From an uncultured Gemmatimonadales bacterium (lineage in GTDB: Bacteria > Gemmatimonadota > Gemmatimonadetes > Gemmatimonadales > GWC2-71-9): a stretch of 64,000 bases of DNA. The translations under genes were made by a program, and so were the position numbers. Shown here one piece after another: positions 21,401 through 29,571 of this stretch (its first letter is position 1; each line of letters begins with the position of its first letter). The DNA lies in the NCBI GenBank assembly GCA_963720365.1, contig CAVRFK010000017.1:210750-274749 (forward strand), written 5' to 3'. A model generated the notes under the pieces. That model was not told the DNA's origin, did no database searches, and worked only from the letters and a program-made list of their open reading frames with translations.

Positions 21401-21777
21401 CGGTGGCCTGCGCGGCATCGGCCCGCGCGAGCAGCGCCTCGCTGGTGCCGCGCGCCGACTGGTCGAGCAGCGCGGTCAGCGTGCCGTGCCGCCATTCTCC
21501 CAGGTCTTCCAGCCGTCGCGCCAGGTTGCCGTGCGAGAGCGACCCGACCGACTCACCCGCGAGCCACACCACCACACCGAGCGCCACCACCACGACGATC
21601 CACGCCACCAGGACCCACTGCGGCCCGTCGATCCATCCGAGCTTGATCGGCCCAGGCGATGGAGCCGAGGAGGAGCGCCACGGCTCCGAGGCCGAGCGCG
21701 AGCCAGCCGGCGCCCGCGCGGAGGCGGAGCGGCCGGGAGAGCCGGTGCAGCGCCCGCGCAGTGGCGATGCCGGTCAT
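18491..21777 (-). CDS. Large membrane-anchored coiled-coil protein (DUF4175-like by architecture); two frame breaks (about 21645-21650 and 19045-19055)
   Basis: ATG at 21777 overlaps (ATGA) the DUF4159 stop. The product has N-terminal TM segments (GWLALGLGAVALLLGSIAWA; WVLVAWIVVVVALGVVVWLAG), a beta-rich middle and a long Glu/Gln/Arg/Ala-rich coiled coil. The tail continues in ORF 18491..19210 (SGSGLAEAMERMAEMAKQQ...VVDYFRRLSE). Confidence 0.65.
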
Positions 21778-22461
21778 TCGCCGGACCCCACGGCGTACGC
21801 GAAGAGGTTGACGCCCATGCGGAGCGCGGCCTCGCGCTTCTCCGACGGATCGCGATGGACCTCCGGATCCTCCCAGCCGTCTCCCAGATCGGTCTGATAG
21901 GAGTAGAAGGCGACCAGGCGGCCGTCGAGGAAGATGCCGAATCCCTGGGCGGGCTTCTTGTCGTGCTCGTGGATCTTGGGAATGCCCTTCGGGAAAGTCG
22001 TAGACCATGCGGTAGATCGGATGGTCGAGCGGGACCTCGACCAGGTCCTGCCCCGGGAAAAGCCGGGCCAGCTCGCGACGGATCGACTCGTCCATGCCGT
22101 AGTTGTCGTCGGCGTGGAGAAAGCCGCCCTGCCGGAGATACTGCCGGAGCGTCGCGAGGTCCTGATCGCTGAACCGGACGTTCCCGTGTCCGGTCATGTA
22201 GATGTAGGGAAGGTTCCAGAGGTCGTCGTCGCGAAGGGTGACGACTCGTTCCTGGGGCGCGACCCGGAGCGTCGTGCGGGCGCGGATCGCGTCGAGCAGG
22301 TTGGGCAGACTGGAAGGATTGGCGTACCAGTCACCGCCGCCATCGTAGTGCAGCCGACCGATCGTCATCGGCGCACCGGGTGCCGCCGCGGCCGGCCCCT
22401 GTGCGGTGGCCGAGCTCGTGACGACCAGACCCCACAGAAGCACGGCGGCGGCACGCGGCAT
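21774..22461 (-). CDS. DUF4159-like secreted protein; one frame break near 21990
   Basis: Signal peptide, then IGRLHYDGGGDWYANPSSLPNLL...YIYMTGHGNVRFSDQDLATLRQYLRQGGFLHADDNYG. After the shift it reads KGIPKIHEHDKKPAQGFGIFLDGRLVAFYSYQTDLGDGWEDPEVH...NLFAYAVGSGE-stop at 21774. Confidence 0.7.
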
Positions 22462-23295
22462 CTAAGGCAATCCCATGACTAGTCGGTAGGCGTCGTTGCG
22501 CGACATCCCCATGGTCTCCGTGAGCCGGCGGGCAACTTCGCGGCGCGTCAGACCTTCGGCCAGGAGCGCGGTGGCCTCCTCGGTGGCGTCCGCGGTACGG
22601 TCGGGGGCGGGCGGCGGAGCCCCGGTGCCCTCCACGACGATCGTCAGCTCGCCCCTGGGGGGAGTCTCCGAATAATAATCCGCCAGCTCGGCGAGGGTCC
22701 CGTTCCGCAGCTCCTCGTGGAGCTTGGTCAGCTCCCGGGCGACGGTCGCCCGGCGGGTGGGGCCGGCCGCGTGCGCCAGATCCTCCAGCAGCGCCACGAG
22801 CCTGCCCGGGGCCTCGAACAGGACGACGCTCCACTCCTCGGCCGCCACACGGGCCAGGAGCCTGGTTCGGTCGCCGCCTTTGCGGGGGATGAATCCAAGG
22901 AAGAGATAGCGGTCGGCCGGGAGGCCGGCGGCAGAGAGCGCGGTGGCCACCGCGGACGGGCCGGGGATGGGCACCACCGGGAAGCCCGCGTCGCGCGCCG
23001 CGGCCACCAGGTCGGTGCCGGGGTCGCTGACCCCCGGCGTGCCGGCGTCGGTCACCAGGGCGACGTTGCGCCCGTCGGCCAGGATCCCGAGCAGGGTTTC
23101 CACCCGGCGCTCGCCGGAGTGGGCATGGAAGCTGAGCAGCGTGGACGAGATGCCGAGGTGACTCAGCAGACCGCGGGTGCGCCGGGTGTCTTCCGCCGCG
23201 ACCACATGGGCCTGGCGGAGCACCTCGGCGGCCCGCGGCGAGAGATCGCCCAGATTTCCGAGTGGGGTAGCTACGACGTAGAGGGTGCCCGGCAT
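22462..23295 (-). CDS. rsmI: 16S rRNA (cytidine1402-2'-O)-methyltransferase
   Basis: 277-aa ORF: GTLYVVATPLGNLGDLSPRA...AAEDTRRTRGLL...DAGTPGVSDPG. Confidence 0.9.
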   Translation of the reverse strand: MPGTLYVVATPLGNLGDLSPRAAEVLRQAHVVAAEDTRRTRGLLSHLGISSTLLSFHAHSGERRVETLLGILADGRNVALVTDAGTPGVSDPGTDLVAAARDAGFPVVPIPGPSAVATALSAAGLPADRYLFLGFIPRKGGDRTRLLARVAAEEWSVVLFEAPGRLVALLEDLAHAAGPTRRATVARELTKLHEELRNGTLAELADYYSETPPRGELTIVVEGTGAPPPAPDRTADATEEATALLAEGLTRREVARRLTETMGMSRNDAYRLVMGLP

Positions 23296-23323
23296 TGAGC
23301 CTCCGCCGCCCTCGCGGCCCGGC

Positions 23324-23662
23324 CTAAGCCAGGTGCTGCTTGATCTTCCCTTCGAGCGTCGCCTTCGGCACCGCGCCGATGACGGTGTCCACGTGCTGCC
23401 CGTTCTTGAAGAAGAGGATGCTCGGGATCGAGCGCACGTTGAAGCGCATCGCGGTACGCTGGTTCGCGTCCACGTCGAGCTTGGTCACCTTGGCGCGGCC
23501 GACGTACTCGCCCGCGAGCTGATCGAGGATCGGTGCAACGATCTGGCAGGGCCCGCACCAGGTAGCCCAGAAGTCTACCAGGACGAGTCCGTTCGCCTGT
23601 TCGATCTCGCTGGCGAAAGAGGCGTCGGTGACGTGGAGGGTCGAGTGGTTGGGCGCGGCCAT
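23324..23662 (-). CDS. trxA: Thioredoxin
   Basis: 112-aa ORF with LVDFWATWCGPCQ (WCGPC active site). Confidence 0.95.
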   Translation of the reverse strand: MAAPNHSTLHVTDASFASEIEQANGLVLVDFWATWCGPCQIVAPILDQLAGEYVGRAKVTKLDVDANQRTAMRFNVRSIPSILFFKNGQHVDTVIGAVPKATLEGKIKQHLA

Positions 23663-23717
23663 GATGTTATTCTCCTAGGGTTAAACGCCTTCGGTCCAAT
23701 TCTTTGGAGGGCTCCGC

Positions 23718-24128
23718 GTGGCGGATCACCCCCGCAGCCCGCGTGCCACTATCGCTCATGTCGGGATCGCCGTGCCCGACATCGGCGCGGCGCTCGCCTT
23801 CTATCGTGACGTCCTCGGTCTCGAGCCGCATGCCCCGGAGATCGCCGACGGCGCCGACATCGTGTCGCTGCCGTTCGGGGAATCCGAGGTGGAGCTGCTG
23901 GCCCCCCGAGACGCGGAGGGCCCGATCGCCAAGTTCCTGGCTAAGCGGGGCCCCGGAATCCATCACATCTGCTATCGGGTCGCCGATCTCGATGCGGCGC
24001 TCGCCGCCTGTCGTGCCGCCGGGTACCGTCTCATCGACGAGACACCGCGGCGCGGCGCCGGCGGATGTCGCATCGCCTTCGTGCATCCGAAGGCAACCGC
24101 CGGCATCCTGCTCGAGCTGACCGAGTAA
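23718..24128 (+). CDS. mce: Methylmalonyl-CoA epimerase (VOC/glyoxalase fold)
   Basis: 136-aa ORF: IAHVGIAVPDIGAALAFYRDVLG...GPGIHHICYRVADLDAA...RIAFVHPKATAGILLELTE. Confidence 0.8.
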   Translation: MADHPRSPRATIAHVGIAVPDIGAALAFYRDVLGLEPHAPEIADGADIVSLPFGESEVELLAPRDAEGPIAKFLAKRGPGIHHICYRVADLDAALAACRAAGYRLIDETPRRGAGGCRIAFVHPKATAGILLELTE

Positions 24129-24161
24129 GATAACAATCGGCGAGTGCGAAGGTTCCCGCCG

Positions 24162-24662
24162 TCAGCCCTGGTTGGTCGAGTCCTTGGCGGCGGCGCCGCC
24201 GGGATTGCAGGACTGCCCGGGGTTCCCGGCCTGGGTCACGTCGACCTGGGTGACGATCCAGTTCCCGTCGCCCAGCCGAATGGCCGTGAAGGGCACGATC
24301 CAGGAACAGAGCTGCCGCCGGATCTCGACCTGCAGGGCGTGGCGGGTCTCGCCGCCCTCGGGGTTGTCGGAGACGACGCGGTGGGACTCATTGCGGAGGT
24401 AGGCATGCATGATGGCGATCCGCCGCTGCCAATCCTGCGGCTGGCCGGTACGCGCGGCGGGACCCGCCGTCGTGCCCCAGAGGTTCCCCATCTCGGTCAG
24501 ATTGCTGTCGGCCACCGCCTGCATGAAGCGATCGACGACGCCCTTGGCCGAACTGGTCGGGGCGACCGTCGCGGGCCCGGCACTCCCGCCGCAGGCGACG
24601 ATCGCGCTGACGGCGGCGAGCAACAACCAGCGTGGCTGGATCACAAGTCTCTCACCTGGCAT
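24162..24662 (-). CDS. Hypothetical lipoprotein
   Basis: 166-aa ORF with lipobox LLAAVSAIVACGG. No family recognised. Confidence 0.55.
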   Translation of the reverse strand: MPGERLVIQPRWLLLAAVSAIVACGGSAGPATVAPTSSAKGVVDRFMQAVADSNLTEMGNLWGTTAGPAARTGQPQDWQRRIAIMHAYLRNESHRVVSDNPEGGETRHALQVEIRRQLCSWIVPFTAIRLGDGNWIVTQVDVTQAGNPGQSCNPGGAAAKDSTNQG

Positions 24663-24703
24663 GTGTTAGCGTGCGAAGTTAAACCGATGGGAAATCCCGG
24701 GCA

Positions 24704-25429
24704 ATGACGGCGCCGATGCGGCTCTACATCAACGTCGATCACATCGCGACGGTCCGCCAGGCGCGGCGCACCGACGAGCCCGATCCCGTCGAAGCGGCCC
24801 GCCTCTGCGAGGCCGCCGGCGCGGACGGCATCACCGCACATCTGCGAGAGGATCGCCGCCACATCCAGGACCACGATCTGGAGCGGATGCGGCCCGCCGT
24901 CCGGGTGCTGAACGTCGAGCTGGCCACCAGTGAGGAGATCGTGGATCTCACCTGCCGCCTTCGCCCTTACCAAGCCACTCTGGTGCCCGAGCGCCGCGAA
25001 GAGATCACCACCGAAGGCGGGCTCGATCTGCGCCAGTCGGGGAGCCGGCTGCGGGAGACCATCCGACGACTCGACGAGGCGGGGATCAGGATCAGCCTCT
25101 TCGTGGACCCGGACCCCGCCACGCTCGACCGCGCCAAGGATCTCGGCGTGCCGGCGGTCGAGCTGCACACCGGCCGTTACGCCAACACCTGGCGTACCGG
25201 CGACGACGCGCTCGAGGAGTTGCGCGGCGCCGCGCGCCACGCGGCCGATATGGGACTGTTCGTGCACGCCGGCCACGGCCTCACCTATCAGAACGTCGTT
25301 CCCGTCGCCGCGATTCCCGAGATCGAGGAGCTCAATATCGGGCACAGCGTGGTGAGTCGCGCCGTGATGGTCGGCATGACGCGCGCGGTGCAGGACATGG
25401 CGCGGTTGGTGAAGGGCGCCCGAACTTGA
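24704..25429 (+). CDS. pdxJ: Pyridoxine 5'-phosphate synthase
   Basis: 241-aa ORF: LYINVDHIATVRQARRTDEPDPV...GITAHLREDRRHI...ELHTGRYA...HAGHGLTYQNV. Confidence 0.92.
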   Translation: MTAPMRLYINVDHIATVRQARRTDEPDPVEAARLCEAAGADGITAHLREDRRHIQDHDLERMRPAVRVLNVELATSEEIVDLTCRLRPYQATLVPERREEITTEGGLDLRQSGSRLRETIRRLDEAGIRISLFVDPDPATLDRAKDLGVPAVELHTGRYANTWRTGDDALEELRGAARHAADMGLFVHAGHGLTYQNVVPVAAIPEIEELNIGHSVVSRAVMVGMTRAVQDMARLVKGART

Positions 25430-25436
25430 TAGCTTA

Positions 25437-27068
25437 TTGCCGATGACCAATCCCCTCGCGGCGGCGGACTTCTTCGCGCTCGAAGCCGGCGAGTGTCTCG
25501 ATCGGCTCGAGACCCTCGCCACGCGGGATGACCCGCCGCCCGCGGAAGACTTCCTGCGCGCCAGCCGGGTGTTGCGCGGCTCGGCGCTCATGGCCTCGCA
25601 GCAGGCCATCGCGCGCGCGGCCGGCGGCATGGAGTCGGTGGCGCGCGCGCTGCGCGAGGGACGCCGGCCGTGGGACGCCGAGTGCCGCGAGCAGGTCGCC
25701 CAGGCGATCGAGGAGTTTCGCGTCCTGGTGCGGCGGGTGCGCGAGTGGGACGACGGCGACACGGTGCGGGCCGGACGTCTCGCGCTGACGCTGGAGAGCC
25801 TCGCGGGCAGGACGTCGCCGCAGCATCCCGAGCGTCGCGGGGAGGCCGGCGAGGTCAACTCCGGCGTCCGCGCCTTCGTCGGCCGGGAGGGCGCGCTCAT
25901 CGCCAGCGCGCTCGATCGTGCCGCCCGCTCGCTGCAGGTCGCGCCGACCGAGCGCGAGCCGCTCTACACCGTCATCCGCCGGATGCAGTCGCTCCGCGGC
26001 CTCGCCGAGCTCGGCGAGCTGACTCCCCTTCCCGAGATCCTCGACGGCATCGAGCTGGCGATCGGCGACCTGACCCGCCTGTACGCGCCGCCGCCCGGCG
26101 TGCACGAGGTGATGGCGGCCGGCGCGCTCGCGCTCACCCGGCTCTCGCGCGACATCGCCGAGCATGGGAAACCGGACCCCGAGGCTTCCGAAGCGCGGGA
26201 GTTCACCGACCTGCTGCTGCGCGCCTTCGCCGTCGAGCGAGACGTCGTGCCCATCGAGTCGCTCTACCGTGATGGCGATACGGCGCCCTCGACACCTCCG
26301 CCGGGGCAGCCGCAGTTCGAGGCGCCGGCGCCGCTGGGCCCGCTGGAGCTCGTCAGTCATGGCGAGCACCTCTGCCAGATCGCCGATCTGATCGCCCGCT
26401 CCACCACTCCCACCGAGCGCGATCTCCGCCTCTACCATCTCATCGGCGCGCTGCGCACCGCGAGCGCGCCCGGCCCGGATCCCGTCGCCGGGGCGCTCGC
26501 GGTCTTCGCCCGCTCGACCCGCGAGGCGCTGGCGTCCGGCGTCTCGGGCCGGTCGGCCGACGAGCTGGTGGCGAGCCTCAAGGCCGCCGGCGAGCTGCTG
26601 CGCTCGGTGGCCGACGCCGGCGACCGGATGCAGGTCTCGCGGCGCATCCTCGACGTCGCGCACCGGCTCGATCAAGTGCGCACGGGCGTGGCGGCCCCTG
26701 AGCCGGCGCCGGCCGAGGACGAGTCCGACGTCGTGCCGATCGCGAGTCTCGCGCCCGATCCGGAGCCGATCCCGGCCGGCGCCGATGCCCTGGAAATCAG
26801 CTTCCGCACGCTGGAACGTCTCCAGCGGGAGCGCAGCCCCGCTCCCGCGTCGCTCGACGCGCTGGCCGGCCGGGCGGAGCCGGTCCCGGTGGTGGAGGCG
26901 GTGGCGATCGCATCGCTCTGCTATCGCGGACGCTCGGCGCTCGAGCGCGCGGCGGCAGTGCGCCAGTCGCTGACCGCGGAGCTGGCGGGCGTCCCGGACC
27001 TCGCGGCCATCCGGCCTCTCCTGCAGGAACTGCTCGACCTCGTCCCCCTGGCACTTGACGAATCCTGA
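25437..27068 (+). CDS. Hypothetical helical protein with degenerate Hpt-like segments
   Basis: 543-aa ORF, Ala/Leu/Arg/Glu-rich. The N-terminus DFFALEAGECLDRLETL...FLRASRVLRGSALMA resembles the Hpt signature with Arg in place of the phospho-His. Confidence 0.5.
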   Translation: MPMTNPLAAADFFALEAGECLDRLETLATRDDPPPAEDFLRASRVLRGSALMASQQAIARAAGGMESVARALREGRRPWDAECREQVAQAIEEFRVLVRRVREWDDGDTVRAGRLALTLESLAGRTSPQHPERRGEAGEVNSGVRAFVGREGALIASALDRAARSLQVAPTEREPLYTVIRRMQSLRGLAELGELTPLPEILDGIELAIGDLTRLYAPPPGVHEVMAAGALALTRLSRDIAEHGKPDPEASEAREFTDLLLRAFAVERDVVPIESLYRDGDTAPSTPPPGQPQFEAPAPLGPLELVSHGEHLCQIADLIARSTTPTERDLRLYHLIGALRTASAPGPDPVAGALAVFARSTREALASGVSGRSADELVASLKAAGELLRSVADAGDRMQVSRRILDVAHRLDQVRTGVAAPEPAPAEDESDVVPIASLAPDPEPIPAGADALEISFRTLERLQRERSPAPASLDALAGRAEPVPVVEAVAIASLCYRGRSALERAAAVRQSLTAELAGVPDLAAIRPLLQELLDLVPLALDES

Positions 27069-28092
27069 AGCGACATCCGCCCCCGTGGGACGGCGGCGGA
27101 TTCTGGCCGGCCTCGTCGGCGCGGTCCTGGCGATCGCCCTGCTGTGGTGGGCGCTTCGCGGCGTCCACCTGGGTGAGGTCGTGCGCCGGATCCGGGACGC
27201 CGATCCCTGGCCGCTGGTGCTCGGCGTCGTGCTCGCGTCGCTCACGTTCCCCATGCGGCTGGTGCGGTGGAGACTCCTCCTCCGAGACGAATCGGGGCGG
27301 CCGCTCGCGCCCTGGCCGCTCTGGCACGCCACGGCGATCGGCTTCCTGGCGAACAACCTGTTGCCGTTCCGGGCCGGCGAGTTCGTCCGCGTCTTCGCGG
27401 CGACGAAACTGTCCGGGGTTCGGTTCACCGCGGCGATGTCGTCCATCGCGGTCGAGCGCGCGTTCGACGGCCTCGCGTGCATCGCGCTGCTCGGCGTCGG
27501 GCTGCTGACGACCGACCTCCCGCCGGGCATCGTAGTCGGGGGCGTATCGCTGGCGAAGGCGGCACAGGTGGCCGGCATGCTCGCGGTGGGCGCGCTGCTC
27601 GCCGCAGGCGGCGTGGTGGCTTTCCCGCTGGCCGCGGAGCGCTTGGTGCGCCGGCTGCTTCCGGCCGGCAAGCTGACCGATCGGATCGTCGGAACGATCG
27701 ACGGGATCCGTCAGGGGCTCGCGTCCCTGCGGTCACCCGCCCTGCTGATCGAGATCGTGTGCTGGTCGGTCGCGCTCTGGCTGGTGAACGTGGCGGCACT
27801 CTGGGTGAGCTTCGCCGCGTTCGACATCGACGTGTCCTTCAGCGGGGCGCTGGTCATGCAGGGCGTGCTGGTGATCGGCATAACGGTCCAGCTGACGCCG
27901 GGCTTCGTCGGCCAGTTCGAGGCCGCGATCGTCGCCGCGCTCGCCCTCTACGGCATCAGCAACGACGTGGCGTCGTCGTACGCCATCGCGTACCACGGCG
28001 CCACGTTCATCCCCATCACGCTGGCCGGCGCCTGGTCGCTCGCCCGCACCCCGGTGGCCCTTTCCGATCTCCGGGGCTCGCCCGGACAATGA
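27055..28092 (+). CDS. Flippase-like / lysylphosphatidylglycerol-synthase TM-region (UPF0104) membrane protein
   Basis: 345-aa polytopic membrane ORF: RRILAGLVGAVLAIALLWWAL...RLVRWRLLL...NNLLPFRAGEFVRV. The start codon is ambiguous (TTG 27055, or a GTG slightly downstream). Confidence 0.7.
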   Translation: MTNPEATSAPVGRRRILAGLVGAVLAIALLWWALRGVHLGEVVRRIRDADPWPLVLGVVLASLTFPMRLVRWRLLLRDESGRPLAPWPLWHATAIGFLANNLLPFRAGEFVRVFAATKLSGVRFTAAMSSIAVERAFDGLACIALLGVGLLTTDLPPGIVVGGVSLAKAAQVAGMLAVGALLAAGGVVAFPLAAERLVRRLLPAGKLTDRIVGTIDGIRQGLASLRSPALLIEIVCWSVALWLVNVAALWVSFAAFDIDVSFSGALVMQGVLVIGITVQLTPGFVGQFEAAIVAALALYGISNDVASSYAIAYHGATFIPITLAGAWSLARTPVALSDLRGSPGQ

Positions 28093-28983
28093 CCAGCGCC
28101 GCGGTTCACACGCCCGGCGCACGCGAAGGTCAATCTCTTCCTCCGAGTGCTCGCGCGCGAGACCGATGGGTACCACGGTCTCGAGACGCTCTTCTGCCTC
28201 CTGAGCCTGGCCGACGACCTGCGGGCGGAACGCCGCGAGGGCCGCGGCGTGACCATCGATGTCGCAGGCAGCGAGGTGGGACCCGCGGAAGAGAACCTGG
28301 CGGTGCGCGCCGCCGCGGCCGTCCTGGCCGCGACGGGTGAGCGCTTCGCGGTCCACCTGACACTCACCAAACGAATTCCCGTGCGCGCGGGCCTCGGAGG
28401 CGGGTCGAGCGATGCGGCGGCGGCGCTGACCGCGGTGAACCACCTGGCCAACAACGCCGTGCCCCGCCACGAGCTCCTCCAGTTCGCGGCCAAGCTCGGC
28501 AGCGACGTGCCCTTCTTCCTGGCGGGGTCACCGCTGGCGCTCGGCTGGGGCCATGGGGAACGGCTGCTTCGTCTCCCTGCTCTGCCGGCGGCCAGCGCGC
28601 TCCTGCTGACTCCCCCGGTCGCGATCGCCACGGCGGACGCGTATGGGTGGGTGGATGCGGCCAGGCAAGGCGGCGGGCGGCGCGGCGCCGTGGCGCTCGA
28701 CCTCGACGCGCTCTCGACCTGGGGCGACGTGGGCCGGATGGCGGGCAACGACTTCGAGTCGGCGGTGTTCGGCCGCCACCCGGAGGTCAAGGCGGCGTTC
28801 GAGGCGCTGGCGGGCACCCGGCCCCTGGTGTGCCGGATGACGGGGTCGGGCTCGACGCTGTTCGCCGTCTACCGCTCGGGCCGCGACCGCGAGGACGCGC
28901 AAATGATGCTGGGACGGAAGCACGGAATCGCCACGCCGGTGGAGACGCTGAGCTCGCCGCCGCCGGGACCGGAGCCCGTATAG
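28089..28983 (+). CDS. ispE: 4-diphosphocytidyl-2-C-methyl-D-erythritol kinase; frame break near 28113-28117
   Basis: ORF 28147..28983 extends upstream in frame as AHAKVNLFLRVLARETDGYHGLETLF, with PVRAGLGGGSSDAAAAL later. No in-frame start follows the stop at 28090. The ATG at 28089 (MTSAAVHTP) is one frame off. Confidence 0.85.
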
Positions 28984-28997
28984 ATTCTCTGGCGCGC

Positions 28998-29068
28998 TGG
29001 CCCTTCGTCCAATGGCAGGACAGCGGACTTTGGATCCGTTAATGGAGGTTCGAATCCTCCAGGGCCAA
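28998..29068 (+). tRNA. tRNA-Gln (anticodon UUG)
   Basis: 71-nt cloverleaf. Acceptor TGGCCCT pairs with AGGGCCA, followed by discriminator A. D-stem is GTCC/GGAC, the anticodon loop is CT-TTG-GA, and the T-arm is GGAGG-TTCGAAT-CCTCC. Confidence 0.85.
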
Positions 29069-29106
29069 TCCCTCCCCATCGTGGTGACGCAGCACACGGA
29101 CACCCG

Positions 29107-29571
29107 GTGCCGAAATGCCGTAGCGTGCCGCACGGCTACACATCACCGCTCACCATTCTTCGCCCGGGAAGACCCGTGTCACGGCTCAACCCAGCCACGA
29201 TCCTCGTCGTCGACGACGAAGACGGCATGCGCACGCTCCTCCGCCATCAACTGTCCGATTTGGGGTATGTCGTAGTGGAAGCGGGCCACGGTCTCGGGGC
29301 CTTGCACTTGGTGCGGATGCAGCCGTCGAAGTTCGACCTGGTGATCTCGGATGTCGTGATGCCGCTGATGAACGGGATCGAGCTGGCCGCCACGCTCAGG
29401 GGCGAGTATCCCGACCTGCCGGTCATCCTGATCTCCGCCTACACCCCCACCGCGTTGACCCGGGTCGGGATCGACCACGCCGTCGTCCCCGTCGTCATGA
29501 AGCCGTACACCCGGGACGAGCTGGCCGAGCTGATCGAGCTGACGCTCGAGAGCCCGGCCGCCCTCTCCTAG
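29107..29571 (+). CDS. Stand-alone response-regulator receiver (CheY-like)
   Basis: ILVVDDEDGMRTLLRHQL...DLVISDVVMPLMNGIEL...VVMKPYTRDEL. An alternative GTG start lies at 29176. The 3' end overlaps the convergent oxidase gene by 4 nt. Confidence 0.75.
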   Translation: MPKCRSVPHGYTSPLTILRPGRPVSRLNPATILVVDDEDGMRTLLRHQLSDLGYVVVEAGHGLGALHLVRMQPSKFDLVISDVVMPLMNGIELAATLRGEYPDLPVILISAYTPTALTRVGIDHAVVPVVMKPYTRDELAELIELTLESPAALS

